The notes beneath the pieces were generated by a model that ran no database searches, was not told the origin of the DNA, and was given only the letters and a program-made list of their open reading frames with translations. A program made the position numbers and the translations under genes. This document shows positions 60,571-64,000 of a DNA stretch of 64,000 nucleotides, piece by piece; position 1 is the first letter of the stretch, and each line of letters opens with the position of its first letter. This DNA is from Fimicolochytrium jonesii (taxonomy: Eukaryota): NCBI RefSeq assembly GCF_025526975.1, contig NW_026515681.1, positions 310,001-374,000 of the forward strand, read 5' to 3'.

Positions 60571-62890
60571 CTACAACGCATCCTTGAGCTTCTGATACAT
60601 CTCCTCAAACCGCTGCTTATCAGCGGGCCGGATGCTCTTTTCAGCCTTCCAGTACAGGGCAGCGGCACGGTCGAGGTCGTTAGCGGTTTGTAGCTCGAAT
60701 TTGATGGAGAGGAGCCATGAGTCTGTGTGAGGGGGAAAGCGAATAAGACGTCAGTGATCCGATGAGATGGGGAATACTTAGATAAACTCGCACAATGCAA
60801 CTCACCAGCATCCTTCTCATCAATACCCACCAACCCTTCCCACACCCTCCTAACCCCCTCCAACGCCTCATAATCCACACCTTTCTTCGCGGCCCCATAT
60901 CTCCTCACCTCCTCCTCCTCCTCCCCATCCTCCCGATCCCGTCCCCGTTTCCCGTCCCCCTTCTCCATCTCCCGCAACTCATCGGTCTCCAACTGCGCCC
61001 ACGTCGCCCAAAACCTCTTCGGTCGCGTTTTGATCTGCGACAAGTGTTTTGCGACGCGACGGACGGCGGTGATTCCGCCGACGCGGTGGGCGAAGGTAAG
61101 GTATTGGTCTAGAATGGTGGCTTCGTGGGCTGGGCGGGTGTGTTGGAATGATGCGAGGGCGCGGTTGAAAAGGTTCTGTTTGTGGGTGGGGTCAAGGAGG
61201 ATGGCGCTGGTGGATGAGTCGTCCGATTGATCGTCGTCGTCGGAGTCAGCATCCGAGGTGTTTGTGATGACGGGGTTTGTGGGCGTGGAAATCGACATGG
61301 TGACGAAGCTGAGGTAATGGGTCCACACCTGGGCAAGCGCGTCGGGATCGGTGACTTTTCTAGTGGCCTTTTCGTATGCGGCGACGATGGAAGATCGTTC
61401 GTTGGAGGGTAAACGGGGGATCAGAAGCAGCCATAACTTCCCGCTCGTCGGGATGCGTTCGAGTCCCCTTCCGAGGACATCGACTGATACAGACGGGGAC
61501 TCCGAATCTGAGTCCTCGACGTGTAAGGTCCATTGTATGTACAGTTCTTCAGATACATTGTTTGTCGACTCCGCCTGCGCAAAGACCTTTGACAACAGAC
61601 GGGATAAGTACAGCTTCAAATTGGGCTCATCGGATAACTGGTACTGCCGTTGCAAGAACACCGCATACACGCCGTACACCTCCGGGTTAGCGAGGTCCTC
61701 CACAGCCGCCTGGAACGCAGTAACGGCGGCTTTCAGAGCAGCAGGGTATGCCGGGCTATCCGACTTGACACCGTATAATGGTCGCTCAGCCAGAACCCCT
61801 CTCGCCATCGCATTTCTGCCGAAATCCCTCTCCAAAGTGTCCAGAAGTTCCTTCTGCCCTTCGGTCGTCTCTGGAAACTCTTCGTACATTTTCAAGAAGG
61901 ACAAGCGGAAATCGAGGTCATTCGGGATCGTCTGTATCGCGTTTCGGTAGATCGCTCGTGGGATGAGGGTTTTCAGCAATGCTTCCTGCGACGCGGAGAG
62001 TTTCGACGCCAGCATGGGCGCCGTGTCGGACGAGCTGCCTTCTTTGGCTGATGCGGAGAGAGTGGTATCCTTCTGTAACGAGCTCTGAGAAAGACCGGCC
62101 TCCTCCTTCAAATCTGGCAGATCCACCGATTCGACTTGAGGGGCTGCGGTCGCTTGGGCCTCCTTCACAGCCCCCTCTCCCGTCTTGAACAGCACCTTTC
62201 TCCGCTCCTTGATCTTTTGCACCCACAAAAGCTCCAACTTGAAGTACTCCATCCATAGCTTCTTGCTCTCCGGGTTGATACGCAACCCCCGCTGCAACAA
62301 CACCCGTGCGCTCGACATATTGGTATTATCCTCGAACTCCCACGCGGCCGCCATGATCCAAAACACATCGTAGGTCGGATGCAGCTGGATTGCCCTCGCA
62401 AACACCTTCCCCAACGCCTTTGAACTCCGGCTCGCTCTGCACCAGTCGAAATACTGAATCCACAGCGTCAGGTCGCCTGCAAACCGCTTGAGCATTTTGT
62501 CGTAGAGGCCGTGTATCCGCCGTGTGATAGAGTAGTCGGAGAGACCGCTGGTTTTGATGCCGAGTTCGATCTCCTGTGCTGTTGGCGGTTTGTCCATTCC
62601 CAAGCGCTGCTTTCGTTTCCTTCGTAACCGTTCCAAATTCTCTTCGTAGGCGATATAGCGGAGGAAATCGGCTTTAAGGGGGATGATACGGTGCACTCGG
62701 TATTCGTGCGTTGTCCTCTGCTTCACGATCGCTTTTATCTCGTGCTGTGGACGGCCTTGAGGGTCAGCTTTTCTGGCGAACCATGAATTGGACTCAGTCG
62801 CCCACATACCGGTTGGAATATTCCCCTCTCCTGCAAGTCCTCTAACTCCGGGACCATCTTCTCCAGGTGGTACTGCACCTGTTCCGCCAT
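60571..62890 (-). CDS. UTP6: U3 snoRNA-associated protein Utp6 (HAT repeats), 3 exons
   Basis: Spliced MAEQVQYHLEKMVPELEDLQERGIFQPHEIKAIVKQRTTHEY..DFLRYIAYEENLERLRRKRKQRL..FWIMAAAWEFE..ARVLLQRGLRINP. Confidence 0.93.
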
Positions 62891-64000
62891 GCTGAGTGGC
62901 TCGCCTGTTCAGGGCCTGAAATGCGAGAGTGCTTTGTGTTTGAGAAGGACGTTTGAGTGCAAGTGCTGAGTTTTTCGCAGGAGCCCTTTCGCTACTAGAA
63001 ACACACAAGCGTCGGATTAAATTTCCAAAGCACGTGAAAAATATGTGAAGGCAGAAAGCAGATTAAACAACTATGCATTGACATGAAAAACCCTCTAGAG
63101 GCCGGCACGGAGCACAGACCAACAACGTCCTTCTTTCCTCACACGGCCAAATCACGTGCAAACTACTACACTCAATTTAAATCGGTGGTCACAAATCACA
63201 AGCCGCGCACATATCGCGTGACGGATTCAGATCGGGGGGAACTTGTGCGCCATCTCCGCTTTCGGCCTTCTGCAGAGGCGAATGGCAAGTTGGCAACCGT
63301 GAGGAGAGATGAGAGGGGTGACACTTGCAATGAAGCTGGCCCACCGGCGAGGGCGTGGGGATATCTGCGCGTCGTGGGACGCAGGCAGAGGATTGGGGGC
63401 CAGGTGAAGCCCACCCCGAAACCCCCCGTCGATCTTGGGGTGCCGCGAGTGACTCATGGCTGTACGCGGGCCCATGAAACGAATGAATGGATGGATGCAC
63501 ATGCAATGATGCATATATACGAGACCCGTCCCACAAACACCATCCAACCGCTGTTCGGGCGGCGATCAGAATCAGAATACGTAACCTCAGAGTTGGCTTG
63601 ATTCATCGAGTGGGTTTCGGGGCCGAGAGCCGGATTTCGAAGCGATCGATGCTGTCCACGGGGATATATATGTGCCAAGCATACCAATGGCAAGCCGTTT
63701 TGGCCGAGTCATCCTTGTTTACGGGCGAGCAAATGGGGTAAAGTTAACGTTTTGGTGGAGCTGTGCACTGTGGGAACATGTATGTGAGGCTAGAGATGTG
63801 AATCTGCTGCAAGCTGTTCGTCAGCGGTCATCGGTGGATCACCGACACATGGGCGCGAAATCTCCACCGACCCGATGAGGGGATCAAGATTCAAAAGATA
63901 GATTTTGTCTAGCCCTTCCGTTTGCCCCATTCGCATGTGTGTGTGCGAGCCCATGCGCACGCTGATTGTGCGCAAGCAGGGTTTCACAGAGAAAAATCAG

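Noticed and set aside
63400..63745. RNase MRP/P-like motifs (GAAGCCCACCCC ... AAATGGGGTAAA)
   Set aside because: They do not form the conserved P4 pairing or match the CR-I and CR-V consensus well enough.

Overview
A gene-dense, intron-rich eukaryotic window of about 55% GC by eye. Gene content suggests an early-diverging fungus, probably a chytrid (inference). I resolved about 23 protein genes by hand using GT-AG introns: an HRI-type eIF2alpha kinase (partial), a divergent beta-tubulin, a UBX protein, CENP-C/Mif2, Pcf11, a TTC3-like Cys-domain protein, mL44, Ino1, an E2, PDRG1, eIF4A, a SET methyltransferase, a Cys-rich GPI-type protein, an SR protein, Snu114, a RING protein, a PD-(D/E)XK-like protein, Dbf2/Sid2, a DAG lipase, Rheb, MYSM1, an acyltransferase-3, a TSP1-like protein and Utp6. 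One canonical tRNA-Thr(AGT) is present. The most interesting signals are non-coding. (1) An approximately 183-nt tRNA-Ser-like putative Pol III RNA whose anticodon arm is replaced by two branched domains (12743-12925, minus). (2) A minus-strand non-coding host unit of tandem approximately 248-bp exon+intron cassettes, each carrying a box C/D RNA with a shared scaffold but different guide segments (36080-36950). (3) A 241-bp MITE with an 8-bp TSD and internal TTAGGG repeats just downstream of the PD-(D/E)XK-like gene. (4) A candidate H/ACA RNA and a read-through ORF in a long Pcf11 intron. All folds, gene models and rRNA matches were made by eye or from memory and need computational confirmation.
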